64,000 nt of DNA from Rhizodiscina lignyota (Eukaryota). Under the pieces are notes generated by a model. It worked only from the letters and a program-made list of their open reading frames with translations. It ran no database searches and was not told where the DNA came from. The DNA is taken from assembly GCA_010015805.1 (NCBI GenBank), contig ML978126.1:1860001-1924000 (forward strand), read 5' to 3'. Made by a program: the position numbers and the translations under genes. How positions within the stretch are numbered: position 1 is the first letter of the stretch; the number at the start of each line of letters is the position of its first letter. Of the stretch, positions 61,308 to 64,000 are shown in pieces.

Positions 61308-63005
61308 TTATAGCTGAACTGGTGTCAGGCGAACCTTCAAATTTCCCCTTTCCCAAACCATGAACGCCTTCAAGCTTCCATACCAATCCTCTTCCGGGTC
61401 GGCGAGCTCGAAATCGAAATGCCACAGCATCTTCGCTAGCAACAAGCGCATTTCCGCATACGCCAAACTATCTCACGTTAGCTTGCATTGGCAATTTAAC
61501 ATTCGAGAGCCCGGTCAGACTTGGCGGTATACGTACCTCTTCCCCAAACAACCCCTTAGGCCTACCATGAATGGCTGCACGACTTCACGCTTGTCATTCC
61601 TGAACTCGGCCGGCGCATCCGGGAGCCACCGCTCGGGAATAAATTCATCTGGCCTAGCGAAATTCTCCTCGTAGCGATATGCAGCGTGGTGGTAAATGCT
61701 ACACCGGGTCTAATGCGCAACAAGCTGATTAGCACATATGATTGGCATTTGACATGATACGGCGAACCTTTTCTGGGACCCAGGAGCCTGCAATGGACTG
61801 TCCGCCCTTACTCGAAATCAGACGCGGAATTCCAAAGCCCGTGGGTGGATATATGCGCATAGCTTCAGATAGAACGGCGAGCATGTAAGTCAACTCGTTG
61901 ACAGACTTTTGCGTGATCTCGCCGTCTTCCTTGAACATGGTCCTAACCTCGTGCTGTACTCGTTGCAGTTTCTCCGGATTCTTGCACAAGAAATAGGTCG
62001 TGCCAGTAAGCAATGTAGCCGTCGTCTCGCTGCCTGCCACTACGAGAGTGATGCCGTTTTCGTACAGCTCGGGTGGAGTGAGCTGATCTTCTTTGTTTTT
62101 GTTTAGCAACAAATAATTGAACACATCGTTCCTGTCGGGAACGTAGCCCTGCTCGACGCGCTTGTCAACGAGTTCCTTGGTGTACTGATCCATGTCCAAT
62201 TTCGGTTTCATGAACGACTTTGGTATCACAGGCTTGAGGAGCGACAAGATCCCGTACCATTCAAGCTGCTGCATCTGCAGACCAAGAGAGACACCGTCGA
62301 AGACGGTCTTGACGAAAAAGTGATACTCGCCACCGCGGTCAAGGCAGTGAAATGCTTCTCCAAAGGCAAAGTCGCCTGTGAGATCGAACGTCGTGAAGTT
62401 GAACCATGCCGACATATCTTGCACAGGGTTCTTCTGCACTACCGCCTTAAGCTGCGTGACCAGGAGATCTGCGTACTTCATGAGCATGGCTGCTTGCTCT
62501 TCCACAGCTTTGGGCGTGAATGCTGGGCCATAGATCCTTCGCAGTCGAGCATGTTTAGCATCGTCGGCATGAATAATTCCGCTTTCAAAGCCCGGCTGTC
62601 GCGGTGTATAGGCGTACGGGTCCTTCTGGTTCTGCACTCGACCGCTCTGCATCCCGTAAATGTCGTTCCAAGCGTGCGGGTCGGTAAATGCCAGCTCGTC
62701 TGGGGCTATTCGCACGACTGGCCCATACTTGCGGTGGAATTCCAAGACCTTAAATGGGAGACGACCTCTGATATTGTTCAGCGCGAATGGAACGCGATAT
62801 GCAGCCCATAGCTTGGGGCCAGGATAGCGACTCAGTGGGTGGAAGTAGGCGTGATAGATTCCCCACGAAAGTATCCAAATGAAGGCCTTAAGAGTAAATC
62901 AGCTTGATTAACAAGACAGTTTATATGCATACGGCGTACGGCGAATGCCAAGAGCGCAATGGCGTTTAATGAATTAAGGCTATGCGAGAATCCCGTTATA
63001 GCCAT
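61308..63005 (-). CDS. Cytochrome P450 monooxygenase (CYP65/TRI11-like clan)
   Basis: YFHPLSRYPGP, HRKYGPVVRIAPDEL, AGSETTAT (I-helix), EAMR (ExxR), FIPERWL, PFMVGLRGCLG heme motif; three introns; ends ..VRLTPVQL*. Confidence 0.94.
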
Positions 63006-64000
63006 GTTGAAGTTTGCGTCTGCGGATTGTAGCTCGTTGTGGAGGTTTTAAAATAAGAGCAATGCGAAGAGGTGAAAAGTCCTCAACCCAATACTAGCAT
63101 CAGGATCAGCCAAGTTTTGTATAAAATAAGGCCTTGAGCGCTGTGTACACCCACTTTTAGTCATGCAGGTCAGCTCGGAGAGTTTCACTGACGAATTCAA
63201 GAGCATCTCCGATGCACAGTTGTGGGGTGCGTTTTTTACCTTACCTCAGGAGGTCCAGGATTGAAACGCCTGGGGGATTTGGGCACTAAGCCTATCTAAT
63301 ATCAATATACGATTAATAAGGAGCCTGATACGTAGAGTTAAACATTTCCACATGCAAGAGGCTTACTTACGTAAGCCCTTGAGCGACGACATGGACGGTG
63401 GGATTGATCCGTATAGGGCAAGCGAACTGATGAGCAATGTTCAAGTTGGGAAATCCGTTCGCTGGCCAAAACCATTTTACATATCTACTGAACGACGGAG
63501 AAAGAATGACAGGTACAGTACTTACTGGTACGAACTTGATATATACATTCTATGATAATTTGCCAGAAGTTAGCATTAGACAAAATAAAAGTGTCAGCTA
63601 CCTTCGGTGAACAGGGGAAATTTGAGAGGTGGAGATGACCCACCTTTTCGATGTTGCAGAGGCTTAACAGAGGATGCAAGGGCGGATGTATAGGCGGATT
63701 CTCAAGCCTGATACCCCACACGATATCTTTTCGCCATCATGTGCGCTGAGCTTAATTGGAGTTCATCAGAGAGGCCAGCGACAGATATGGAAAATGGTCA
63801 GTCGCTGAGCTCCTCAGGACGAGCGTGCGTGGTCTATTATGTATGGAAGTCGATGCAGGTTGCAGCACGCATCTACGGCCGTATTTATTGTTTCCCACCC
63901 CGCTCCTTTTCATCTTCTTCCGGAAGACAGACGAGCTTCGTCGGTTGGGTTTTCTCCACTTACGCAGCTTGCGTTTCCGCTTTTTTGCCTAGACTGATGA

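Noticed and set aside
1..64000. tRNA, rRNA, CRISPR arrays, intact transposons
   Set aside because: No cloverleaf or T-loop context, repeat-spacer array, transposase or reverse transcriptase ORF seen by eye; small ncRNAs cannot be excluded without an Infernal/tRNAscan search.

Overview
Gene-dense chromosomal DNA from a filamentous ascomycete (Pezizomycotina; short GT-AG introns with CTRAC branch points). About 25 protein genes are supportable, many intron-split and so only partly captured by the ORF track. The left ~17 kb looks accessory: an intronless bacterial-type DyP peroxidase, three tandem BTB/POZ genes (one a frameshifted pseudogene), an HSL-family esterase, a PTS1-tagged FMN hydroxy-acid oxidase, and a head-to-head pair of a cytosolic trypsin-fold serine protease with an uncharacterised tail-anchored protein whose motifs resemble plant DUF247. 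That pair is the best candidate for an undescribed system. The middle holds conserved genes (MFS transporter, ATG1, lipase, BIG1/Ac45-like, FAP1/NF-X1, two cupredoxin-like proteins, a hybrid histidine kinase). The right end has a small HSP with a possible mitochondrial presequence, SDH6, an FAH-family hydrolase, two SDRs (one 5'-truncated), a candidate solo LTR and a cytochrome P450. I found no tRNA, rRNA or CRISPR array. All family calls come from motif recognition by eye, not database searches.
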